A DNA stretch of 36,167 bases, from IMG/VR virus record IMGVR_UViG_3300015370_000007, positions 1 through 36,167 of that record; one strand, given 5' to 3'. The position numbers and the translations under genes were made by a program. Each line of letters opens with the position of its first letter. The stretch's first letter is position 1. Source of the DNA: a virus. Its lineage: Duplodnaviria > Caudoviricetes. The notes under the pieces are model-generated. The model ran no database searches and was not told the DNA's origin. It saw only the letters and a program-made list of their open reading frames with translations. Shown one piece after another: positions 8,411 to 16,695 of this stretch.

Positions 8411-10096
8411 TCAATCCGTGATCATAATTTTCATTTCGATGGCCGTTGCAAGGTTAATCCAGTTTGTGCCGTCGGTTGAGTATTTATGAGTAGAAAAAGG
8501 GTATGACCCATCATCCCGGCCATCGAGACTGATTTCGGTTGACGCAAAATTACTGTAATAAGCCACGATCCAATATTTCGTCCCGGCTACAAAGCTAAAT
8601 TTTGGGGATAATTTAAGCCTGACCCGGTGCGGATGATACAATATCTCTGTGCTGCTTAAATTTTTAATAATGGTATTCCAGGACCAACTTTCTGTTTTAC
8701 TGCTGGAATATGTAAAACCTGTCAGTTTAGTACCTGGAACTCCAGAGTTATCCGAGTAAATATCGATGCTGGTCAGGCCATACTGATCATCAAGATAGAA
8801 CCCCAGACCCATATATTTAGCATCAAAACTTGTATCCGGTTGAATCGGAAAAGCAAACCAGTTCGGATTGTTCTGCGATCCGATCCCGGTGTTTGAAAAG
8901 CCCGGTTCTCCTGTGTTAATGGTATAATTCATTTTAACCCGCATGACCGGTTCCTCTGAATTAACAGTATAAACACCGGTTATATCTCCAATAGTCAGGG
9001 AAGCGGTATTTTTAGCATAAAAAGCCGCTCCGGAAAGTTTAATCCTGACGCGGTCACCGTTTTTGACATCGGTTGAGGTGTCTGTCAATTCTATATCGTT
9101 AACAATCAAAGTCCCGTTGTCCAATAAAGTGCGGGCTGTACCGCCATCTGTCAGCCCTGAGACGGTAATCTCGTTTGATGTATTATTTGACCCCGGCTCC
9201 ACTCCTGAAGATGTTGAAAAACTGAATGTATCTGGTGTGTTGTCATCGGATAGATTTATGATCCCATCCCCGTCTGAGTCGATATAGTCAATGTATTTCG
9301 TTAATGTAATATTCAACCCAAGTGAAGCGTAATAGCTTTCAACATTGTTTTTTATAGCTGTAAGGGCGACATTTTTTGCGTTATTGGCCAATTCTAAAAT
9401 CAATGTTTGATCGTCAAGTGTCCCGTCTGTTTTTATATCATTAGCAATATCACCGATTAAAGCGTTTACCTGAGCATCGGTGTTGTCTTGCTGAATAATC
9501 GATGACATTGCCAGTAAAACACCGCCGCCAACGTCATCAACAGCAATATTCATTTGATCAAAGCCGGATAAGGGAATATAAATCTTAAAAATACTTAGCA
9601 GTTCAGTTTCAGCCTGCAATTTTGCTGCTGTGAATGTTTGCCCTGACAACACTAGATGTTTAATACGGTCAGCCGTCAGAGTTGTTGCTATATTGATAAC
9701 AACACTGACAGACGTTTCCAGGTCCAAATATGCCCTGAGAGTGATCTGTGATGTTGAGAGAATACCAGTATTTTCATTTAAGTAATAACCAAAAACAGAC
9801 CCCTCTACATATCTGGTTGTAAATGCACTTCCCAACATAAAAGAGCCAAATTTATTTTTAGTTCGTGTTGTGTAATATTTTCCGGTTGGCTCCCAATTGG
9901 CGTCAAGTTCCTGAAAACGGACCTCTGACGCAGAATCCATAGGCCCTTTTTGCGCAAAACAACTATTATCCGTTGAACATGGTTGATAACTCACTGTTGC
10001 GGGCGGACTATCGTCTGAACTGTCACTTTTACATCCAGTTAAAAACAGGGCTGCATATATTGCAACAATCAAATAGAAAGAAAAAAACCGTTTCAT
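8411..10096 (-). CDS. 561-aa multidomain lipoprotein (true start 10096, not 10186)
   Basis: AAGGAG RBS; MKRFFSFYLIVAIYAALFLTGC lipobox; AQKGP-type N-terminal domain, DSDGDG Ca-type motif, TPDTFSF Ig-like domain, C-terminal beta domain (IYSDNSGVPG...AGTKYWIV). Confidence 0.85.
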   Translation of the reverse strand: MKRFFSFYLIVAIYAALFLTGCKSDSSDDSPPATVSYQPCSTDNSCFAQKGPMDSASEVRFQELDANWEPTGKYYTTRTKNKFGSFMLGSAFTTRYVEGSVFGYYLNENTGILSTSQITLRAYLDLETSVSVVINIATTLTADRIKHLVLSGQTFTAAKLQAETELLSIFKIYIPLSGFDQMNIAVDDVGGGVLLAMSSIIQQDNTDAQVNALIGDIANDIKTDGTLDDQTLILELANNAKNVALTAIKNNVESYYASLGLNITLTKYIDYIDSDGDGIINLSDDNTPDTFSFSTSSGVEPGSNNTSNEITVSGLTDGGTARTLLDNGTLIVNDIELTDTSTDVKNGDRVRIKLSGAAFYAKNTASLTIGDITGVYTVNSEEPVMRVKMNYTINTGEPGFSNTGIGSQNNPNWFAFPIQPDTSFDAKYMGLGFYLDDQYGLTSIDIYSDNSGVPGTKLTGFTYSSSKTESWSWNTIIKNLSSTEILYHPHRVRLKLSPKFSFVAGTKYWIVAYYSNFASTEISLDGRDDGSYPFSTHKYSTDGTNWINLATAIEMKIMITD

Positions 10097-10107
10097 TTTT
10101 ATCTCCT

Positions 10108-10521
10108 TTATGATGGTTTTGGATGGGCCTGTTTTACTTCTGTTATATGGTCTCGCCACGTTGTTGTCCCATTGATGGCATCCCAATACTGCATGTCTAG
10201 CTGCTCCGCTTTGGTTGCATATTTTATCGGCTGCGTTTCAGTGCCGTTTACTCGGTCAACTTGGTATTTTGTGTCGGCTAAAAATTGATCAATAGCTCGC
10301 TGTTGATCAAGGACTACCTGATTAATCGCCCAATTTCCATCGAAAATATATTTCATGGAAGCAAAATCGTCAGGCACGCTTTCTACTTCCAGGATTTCAG
10401 CGTTATCCGGGGTAGTGTCAACAAAAAGTGCCCCATTACTGAAATAGTGCCCGTTTTTTAACTCTATATTACTCCCTGCCGCTAAAACGGCCTTGGATGT
10501 TTTATAGGCTAGAATTTTCAT
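10108..10521 (-). CDS. Putative tail fibre assembly/chaperone protein
   Basis: Follows the fibre gene; VPDDF...KYIFDG.W and EQLDMQYWDAINGTTTW...VK..HPK motifs typical of fibre-associated proteins. Confidence 0.6.
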   Translation of the reverse strand: MKILAYKTSKAVLAAGSNIELKNGHYFSNGALFVDTTPDNAEILEVESVPDDFASMKYIFDGNWAINQVVLDQQRAIDQFLADTKYQVDRVNGTETQPIKYATKAEQLDMQYWDAINGTTTWRDHITEVKQAHPKPS

Positions 10522-11348
10522 AATGATATAGCTCGTTTTAACATAGTTAATGAAATTTCCATTCCTGAAGAATTTGAAACACTATTTAGCGCTTGAATGT
10601 GCGTGCTTGTGACCTGTAAGGAAACATATCCGGAATTTATGCCGTAATAAACGCGATCAGACGTGCCTGATGTGCAGTAAAATAATACCCCAATAGCTCT
10701 AAAATCGTACCTCGGATAAGTACCATTAAAGTTTACTATATAGGTTCCATCTTCTAAATCGGATAATGGGACTATATTATACCATATCCCGTTATTGAAG
10801 GTGCCAAGCTCCCATTTTGTGACCCCGCTGATGGATTTATAGAGATAGGCCCCCTGATTATTAGTGTCTCCGTTTTTCAGTAAGTCGTTTTTTAACCATT
10901 CGACAAACGGCTCTCTTTTTATTGCGATCCATTCGGCAAAATCAGACTTTGCCAGCATTGTTTCCTGATATTTCCCGGTATACAAAAGCGGGAAATGTTC
11001 CGCACTGGGAGTATAATTAGCAAAATCAGGCATATCAAGCGTTTTAATTGTACTGTCGGAGCGGTCGGCGTACCAGATTTGATGAGTCTCTGAAATAGTG
11101 ATCTCTGTATTTGGAAATGCAACGGTTTGCAGGACTCCGCCGACCCAATATTCAACCGTGACACCATCCAGAGACCCGTCCACATATGATCCGGAGGTCA
11201 ATCTCGATTGATTTTGTAACAAGGAAAATACCATCGAGATCAATTGCAAATTGTGATAGTATCCAGTCTGCCATTCTCCAGCGTCCAATTCATCCGGCTC
11301 GAACAAGGTCAACCCAAAATTATTTAAAATTTCTAAAAAATTAGCCAT
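10518..11348 (-). CDS. Putative short tail fibre / receptor-binding protein
   Basis: Directly after the baseplate J/I genes; beta-rich C-terminus; GC drops here. Confidence 0.55.
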   Translation of the reverse strand: MANFLEILNNFGLTLFEPDELDAGEWQTGYYHNLQLISMVFSLLQNQSRLTSGSYVDGSLDGVTVEYWVGGVLQTVAFPNTEITISETHQIWYADRSDSTIKTLDMPDFANYTPSAEHFPLLYTGKYQETMLAKSDFAEWIAIKREPFVEWLKNDLLKNGDTNNQGAYLYKSISGVTKWELGTFNNGIWYNIVPLSDLEDGTYIVNFNGTYPRYDFRAIGVLFYCTSGTSDRVYYGINSGYVSLQVTSTHIQALNSVSNSSGMEISLTMLKRAISL

Positions 11349-11353
11349 ATTGT

Positions 11354-11872
11354 TTAGCCGAATCGCTTTCCAAATCGGTTATATCCAAAACGCCCCGGCG
11401 GCATATATGGGACCAGGTGCATGTGATATTTACACCTGGCTGGGGCGACTGTGCGAATAAAAGAGACAATCCTTTCTGTTTTCTCACCGTCCCACGACAT
11501 GTAAACCCGCCCGGCAAACCAGGGGTGCAGGTCGGCGTTGGCTGTGTCCCTGAGTGCGTACAGAATGAAATTATCCAGATTAAAGACCCCCTGTGTCAGC
11601 TCAATCGCATTGCGGGTGCCCAGGTAATCAAGGTAATCCTTGTAATACTTGATAAAATTACGACGATCCCCGCCGTCAATGTCTGGTTGAATAGGAAGTT
11701 CAGACCAGTAAATATCAATTGCCGCCTCCGGGCAGGTCCCGACATGGCATAGATCAAAAATCTTGTTGACCTGGCTGATGCTGAAATCCCAGCAAGCCTG
11801 GGCGATCTTTTTCAAATCGCGCATGGCCTGGCCGGACAGCCACCAGGGGAGATTAAGTTCCAAAAGGCTCAT
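11354..11872 (-). CDS. Baseplate wedge protein, P2 gpI-like
   Basis: LNLPWWL...TCPEAAID...YLGTRNAIE...PARC; follows J. Confidence 0.65.
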   Translation of the reverse strand: MSLLELNLPWWLSGQAMRDLKKIAQACWDFSISQVNKIFDLCHVGTCPEAAIDIYWSELPIQPDIDGGDRRNFIKYYKDYLDYLGTRNAIELTQGVFNLDNFILYALRDTANADLHPWFAGRVYMSWDGEKTERIVSFIRTVAPARCKYHMHLVPYMPPGRFGYNRFGKRFG

Positions 11873-12977
11873 ATGTCATGTCAGGGGTAAAATATTTTCC
11901 GTTTTCCAGGTCCAGGTGAACCGGTACGCAACGCATGGCAACTCCGGCCAGGCCGGAGACATTTTCCTGGAGGTATGAAAACAAAATCGAACTTTCAAAA
12001 TTTGTCCTCCTGGGAATGACCGAGGCAAAATAGATATCGATCGCGGCGGTCACGGTTGCCTCGTTGTATTCAGCGTCGATCTGCATGGTCAATTCCAGTA
12101 GCTGACTGCTGGCAGCGATAACGACCGCCTGGTCTCCAAAAATCAGGACCTCGTCGATCGCGGCCTGGGCTTCGGCGGTCACGCTGCCGTCCAGAGGTCC
12201 GGCCCCATAAATGGTGTAATACTGAATCCCGTCGTCTGTGACCTCGTCGAGGGTGACGCTGGTCACGGCTCCGACGGACAGCAGCACGTTTTCATAAAAC
12301 AGTTCCATCCCGGGGCGGATCTGCTGCCCCTTGATCGCGTGTATTCTGGCCCTCAGTTCCGCCGGCGTCTCCGGATCCGCTCCCGGCTGTTTGGGCGCGG
12401 ACGAGTCGTTGCTGATAGTCAGTACCGGCAGCGCGGTTTCACATTTTGTGATCAACCCCTGCCCGACATTATAAACGAGCCCGATCTCAACCGCCTCGAC
12501 ATCGATCAGAACAGACTCCTCGGCTTCTGAGAATTCATACAAAACCAGTGTCTGAAAACGCCGGGGGTTGTTCTCGTCGACATAAAAAACCGTATTCGGA
12601 TCGATGGTCAGGTCGACCGCCGCTTCCTTTGTCAGGGTTAACTGATGCACGGCTTTTAAACCGATAAACGCATCCAGGGCGTGATCGATCCGGTCCTGGT
12701 TTAAAAACTCGCCGGTTTTATAGGTCGTGTAAATCTGTGGGACCAGCGCCCGGATCAGGGCGATACAAAAACTGAACGGCGTTCTGATTAAAACCGTGTA
12801 AATGGTAAAAAAGATCGAGTTTTTCGTCTGGGCCGCCTTCGCCCAGACCGTTCCCGTTGCTGCCTCCGCCAGAACGGCGTCGAGCGCGGTCTCGTCCTGA
12901 ATACCCAATTGATTGACAATCAGGTCGACGGTTTCTTCAGGCATGACAGGCGGTTCAACTGGTTCACTCATTTCCAA
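11853..12977 (-). CDS. Baseplate J-like protein
   Basis: VEAVEIG..YNV..G.I, PGADPETPAELRARI. Confidence 0.88.
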   Translation of the reverse strand: MEMSEPVEPPVMPEETVDLIVNQLGIQDETALDAVLAEAATGTVWAKAAQTKNSIFFTIYTVLIRTPFSFCIALIRALVPQIYTTYKTGEFLNQDRIDHALDAFIGLKAVHQLTLTKEAAVDLTIDPNTVFYVDENNPRRFQTLVLYEFSEAEESVLIDVEAVEIGLVYNVGQGLITKCETALPVLTISNDSSAPKQPGADPETPAELRARIHAIKGQQIRPGMELFYENVLLSVGAVTSVTLDEVTDDGIQYYTIYGAGPLDGSVTAEAQAAIDEVLIFGDQAVVIAASSQLLELTMQIDAEYNEATVTAAIDIYFASVIPRRTNFESSILFSYLQENVSGLAGVAMRCVPVHLDLENGKYFTPDMTYEPFGT

Positions 12978-13320
12978 GCCTTAATAATATATGCACCGGG
13001 ATCGGGTCCGCCGGCGGATCTTCAATCATGCAGTCAAAAAGCAATCGCTGGGTCGCAAAATCGTATTTCAGATCGATCGAGCCCAGAACCACAATAGACT
13101 GGTGCAGGTTTTCGATCTCCTCTCCCAGGTCGATCAGCAACCCGGGGACCTCCTCCGGATCGCAGTTGATCAACTGCTGGGCATGGTTCGATCCCCGGAT
13201 CGAGATACTGAACGACTGGTGAATCGCCGCCAGATTCTCAACGGTCAGGGGCTCCAGTTCGTAATCATCCAGGACGATGTCCAGTGCCAGCGGGTCCCAT
13301 TTTAAATCGATGATATCCAT
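12964..13320 (-). CDS. Baseplate wedge / sheath initiator (gpW/DUF2590-like)
   Basis: IDLK....DIVLD....P.......AIHQ pattern; acidic; directly upstream of J. Confidence 0.55.
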   Translation of the reverse strand: MDIIDLKWDPLALDIVLDDYELEPLTVENLAAIHQSFSISIRGSNHAQQLINCDPEEVPGLLIDLGEEIENLHQSIVVLGSIDLKYDFATQRLLFDCMIEDPPADPIPVHILLRLGNE

Positions 13321-13532
13321 CAGGAAGAAATAGTCGTAGTCGATTTATTAATGGTCACACCGGAGAGGGCAGACCCGCTATATTGGCAGATACCAGAAAT
13401 TTGTCCGGCAACCTTTCCGGTTTGCTGGGTTTCAAACATGGATTCAAAAAATTTAACGGCCACCTCGGGGACGTCTGTAATTCCAGTTTTTTGCTTGTAT
13501 GCTGCCAGGGCCTGTTCTGCTAGTGTTGTCAT
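13320..13532 (-). CDS. Small baseplate protein (possible spike tip)
   Basis: 70 aa, translationally coupled between spike and wedge genes. Confidence 0.5.
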   Translation of the reverse strand: MTTLAEQALAAYKQKTGITDVPEVAVKFFESMFETQQTGKVAGQISGICQYSGSALSGVTINKSTTTISS

Positions 13533-14131
13533 ATTGCCTTTTTGGTTAGTTTTCCGAGCTTTACATCGGATTTAATCAATTCAAGTGACGGCTTAATTTG
13601 GGTTGTCCACGCTTCCAGAGCTGCTGCATACTTTGTGAGGGGAGCCCCCAGGTTCCCAGCTTCCCCCATTTCGACAGCCATGTCGCCGATCTCCTCCATT
13701 CTGGCAATCAGGATCGACGCTAAAACCGCATTGTCCTCGCCCAGGCCGATCTCGATCTCGTCGGCTCCGACCAGTTTCAGGACTCCCTCTTTCGGTTCAA
13801 CCAGGGCGTTATCATATAAAACCCCTTTCAAAATGGCCGTGTTCGCTTTCCAGTAGGGAAACTCCAATAGGCAGATATCCCCTTTTCTGGGTACGTCCAC
13901 CAGGTGCCGGCTGGTTCTTAACAGCGCGATATTCCGGAGCTGTTTTTTTTTACGGTCGACCGTCAGATCAGAATCCAGGAGATGACCGTCGCAAAAACAG
14001 ACCGGTTTTAACCGGGTATGAACCCCCGCCGAGGATCCGACCCGGGTTACTTCAAAATAGTAGCTGTGCTGATACCCGCCCAGACCCGGAAAGGACCGGA
14101 CCATCATTTTGATAAAGTCCGGGATTCTCAC
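13529..14131 (-). CDS. Baseplate spike/assembly protein (gpV-like)
   Basis: OB-fold-like N-terminus with VPRKGDICLLEF; position in the baseplate cluster. Confidence 0.6.
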   Translation of the reverse strand: MRIPDFIKMMVRSFPGLGGYQHSYYFEVTRVGSSAGVHTRLKPVCFCDGHLLDSDLTVDRKKKQLRNIALLRTSRHLVDVPRKGDICLLEFPYWKANTAILKGVLYDNALVEPKEGVLKLVGADEIEIGLGEDNAVLASILIARMEEIGDMAVEMGEAGNLGAPLTKYAAALEAWTTQIKPSLELIKSDVKLGKLTKKAI

Positions 14132-14832
14132 GCGGCCTCTAACTGCAAAAACATCGAATCCGACTCCCCGTCGAACACGACGTTGTCGACGACCATCTCC
14201 TCGCCCTTCCAGATAACGGGCGTAAAGGGAGACATATTCGGCAGAACCCGGAACTCCGGCCCGTTGTCCGGGTTTTCTTCAATAAAATATGTCATATCCA
14301 GCTCAAAAGGGGCTGTATCCAGCTTGCCTGGCAACAAATAAAGCCGCTGCCGTAACGTGTCAAAATGATATCTCAGATCAGACAGGCCCCAGATAGACAT
14401 GATCTGATCCAGGGCATTGCGGACGGTCGACAGAAAATTCAAATTGTGCCGTTTATAGATCATTTTTTTAGACAGGTTCATGAACGTAAACCCGAAGGCG
14501 GTCGCGATCTTCGTCAGGGCTTCGTCGACGGTCAACCGGGTTCCCTGGAAAATATAATCTGCCTGGTAAATAAAAAACGAAGGATCGACCGCCAGGCACT
14601 CGAACAGGTGCGGGTTGATCTGGTTGCACTCCAGGACCCGCAACACGCATTTTTCGGACAGCTCGTTTTCAAACCCCATCGACAGGATCGCCGATTCCGC
14701 CGTGTCGATGGGCTCCTCGATCTGGAACTCGACCAGGGTGTTGCGCTGCCGCTCCTGCTCAACCCGAAAGGCGGTTGTCAGATAGGCCGCCCTGGCGTTT
14801 TCGATCCTGGCTGTGATTTTCGGATAATACAT
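14128..14832 (-). CDS. Baseplate hub (gpD-like)
   Basis: TVDEALTKIATAFGFTF pattern; HP1-like gene order. Confidence 0.55.
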   Translation of the reverse strand: MYYPKITARIENARAAYLTTAFRVEQERQRNTLVEFQIEEPIDTAESAILSMGFENELSEKCVLRVLECNQINPHLFECLAVDPSFFIYQADYIFQGTRLTVDEALTKIATAFGFTFMNLSKKMIYKRHNLNFLSTVRNALDQIMSIWGLSDLRYHFDTLRQRLYLLPGKLDTAPFELDMTYFIEENPDNGPEFRVLPNMSPFTPVIWKGEEMVVDNVVFDGESDSMFLQLEAA

Positions 14833-14834
14833 GG

Positions 14835-15587
14835 CTAAAAGAACGCAAGACGCTTGCGGTTATTGATGCTTGGCTTAATTTTAATTTGAGTGATATCCCA
14901 ATTTTCATAAGCCGGAGTAAAGACTATTCCAAATACTTTTTCAAAATTATCCTCAAAACTTGTCAGATCGAACCATTCCCCATGCAGGCGGTATTGATCG
15001 AAAAGTTTGTGCAGCGCAACCTCACATCTGAAAACCAGTGAAATACTCGGCAACCTGACAATATAAAGCCCGGCAAAGGGGACAGAGTTATAATTCTGCA
15101 TCATCTGGACCCGTATCATTGGATTCCGAGAAACGCCGATCTTTGTATGAATTCTTTGTCCGATTATCTGAAACAAAAAATAAACACACGGCCAGCGTTT
15201 TTCAGGCAATAAACCGGTTGTTCCCCGCCTTCTATAGTGGGGATGTTTAATCGGGAGTTTTACAGGACTCGCGGGGATAATCAATTTCTGTTCCATTGCA
15301 TTGAAGGCGGATATATACTTTTCCTTCCATTCAGCCGCTTTTTTACCATTGAAGCCCATACAGAGAAACGTCCAACCGTCCCGGGTCATTTCGTACATTG
15401 GAAGTTTTCTTCCGGTAGGATCTGTATATTCACTGAGCGTAAAATTACGCTGAGTAAAATATTGAGAACACTCAAGATTTTCAATTCTCCTTAAAACATC
15501 TTTATGCTGCTTGTCGAAATTCTTAGCAACAATCAGAGAGGTCGTTTTCGGAATTCCGTCTACCATGCTAACTAATTCCATAACCAT
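14835..15587 (-). CDS. rha: Rha-family regulator fused to a GIY-YIG (T5orf172/MUG113-like) domain
   Basis: TTSLIVAKNFDKQHKDVLRRIENL..NFTLSEYTD.TGRKLPMYEMTRDGWTFL.MGFNGKKA..WK..YI.AFNAME; C-terminal VYFL..KIGVSRNP..R..E..LH..F...RLHGEWF. Confidence 0.9.
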   Translation of the reverse strand: MVMELVSMVDGIPKTTSLIVAKNFDKQHKDVLRRIENLECSQYFTQRNFTLSEYTDPTGRKLPMYEMTRDGWTFLCMGFNGKKAAEWKEKYISAFNAMEQKLIIPASPVKLPIKHPHYRRRGTTGLLPEKRWPCVYFLFQIIGQRIHTKIGVSRNPMIRVQMMQNYNSVPFAGLYIVRLPSISLVFRCEVALHKLFDQYRLHGEWFDLTSFEDNFEKVFGIVFTPAYENWDITQIKIKPSINNRKRLAFF

Positions 15588-15590
15588 CTC

Positions 15591-15842
15591 CTAAAATTTA
15601 AAGGGTTGTCTGAAAAAATGTTTCAGGTCGAATCGCATTTCTTTCAGGGTGTTTGCCTTTTCAATCAGCCGGACCGCCTGGGCCTTGGTCGACTCGCTTT
15701 CATTTCTGACGTATTCGGTCGCCAGGTTCTTCGCCGGGTCCAGTTGTCGGTTGATGTAATCCCCGATAAACCCCAGGGTCTTGCTTTGATACTGCTTGAC
15801 GGCTCTTTCCAGATCCGCCCGGGTATAAATCTTTTCTTCCAC
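15591..15842 (-). CDS. Small helical protein upstream of rha (likely start GTG 15842, 83 aa)
   Basis: GGAGG-5 nt-GTG in frame with the 15591..15923 ORF; the SD is sequestered in a hairpin. Confidence 0.6.
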   Translation of the reverse strand: MEEKIYTRADLERAVKQYQSKTLGFIGDYINRQLDPAKNLATEYVRNESESTKAQAVRLIEKANTLKEMRFDLKHFFRQPFKF

Positions 15843-16035
15843 AACAGCCTCCAAAGGGAGGTTGTCCACCGGCCGGACCCCGGAAACGAAAAAAGCCCAG
15901 AAGTCCGGCCGGTGTGCAAGCACCTACGGATCAGGGAGCTACCCCGATCCGATTCCGAACTTCTGGGCCCTTTTCGTTTCATTATGCGTTTTGGGGAGCT
16001 ACCCGCGAATCTGACTTGCACAGACTCTCAAAACC
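15843..16035 (-). ncRNA. Structured leader / RNA switch A (C4-like antisense architecture)
   Basis: Three-way junction 16035-15988; 26-bp stem 15980-15955/15908-15883 enclosing hairpins; alternative 12-bp helix; SD-sequestering hairpin. Confidence 0.65.
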
Positions 16036-16081
16036 AAATGAACGACTCGTTGCTCAGAAGCTAAAATTAAACTACGGCTTC

Positions 16082-16111
16082 AGATTACAACGGGAAAAAC
16101 GAAAAAGGCAA
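16082..16111 (-). promoter_or_regulatory. Promoter for the rha cassette
   Basis: TTGCCT-18 bp-TAATCT on the minus strand. Confidence 0.5.
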
Positions 16112-16144
16112 TAGTTAATTCAATATGTAAAAAACAGACCCGTT

Positions 16145-16693
16145 TTATTCCCAGAGTCTTTTCAGTCCGTTGTCGATCAGTCTTAAAATCCCGTCGACCT
16201 TCGATTTTTCGGTCTCCGCCTGGTTCGATTTTAAATCGCCGGCCGTTTTGGTATCCGCAGAGGCCGTGCCGTCCTTGATCGCCGGCGGATTCTTTTTGAT
16301 CTCCTTTTCCTGCTGGGTCTCATACTGCTTGATTTTCATCGATACCAGGATCAGGTCCTCCTTGAAATCGATGGTCCGCTCCAGGATCTTACCGAATTTA
16401 AACCCGATATGTTTCAGGTATCGATGGCTGATCTGGTGTATTTTCTTCGACCGGTAAAGCTGATCGAACTCTTTCAGTTTATCGGCCTTCAGGACGTTAG
16501 GGTGCCAGTTGTGATAGTCTGACGACTGTTTCGAGTCGTACAGGGTCGCAACCAGGTTGACCCCGTCGCAGACGTCCTTTGTGTCGTTGTCCTCCAGGTG
16601 TGAGGACTCGGACAGGGAATCGAGTTTTACAAACTCAACCCCGCCAATCGTCAGGTGATCGGGATCGCTGTCAAAGAGGCCGAAAATATTCAT
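16145..16693 (-). CDS. Tail/baseplate protein after the tape measure (tube-initiator position)
   Basis: Position and operon spacing only. Confidence 0.5.
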   Translation of the reverse strand: MNIFGLFDSDPDHLTIGGVEFVKLDSLSESSHLEDNDTKDVCDGVNLVATLYDSKQSSDYHNWHPNVLKADKLKEFDQLYRSKKIHQISHRYLKHIGFKFGKILERTIDFKEDLILVSMKIKQYETQQEKEIKKNPPAIKDGTASADTKTAGDLKSNQAETEKSKVDGILRLIDNGLKRLWE

Positions 16694-16695
16694 AA

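Noticed and set aside
8411-11348. Diversity-generating retroelement or invertible tail-fibre system
   Set aside because: No reverse transcriptase, no template/variable repeat pair and no duplicate fibre cassette seen; the gix/hix-like resemblance near 8221-8248 is weak and unpaired.
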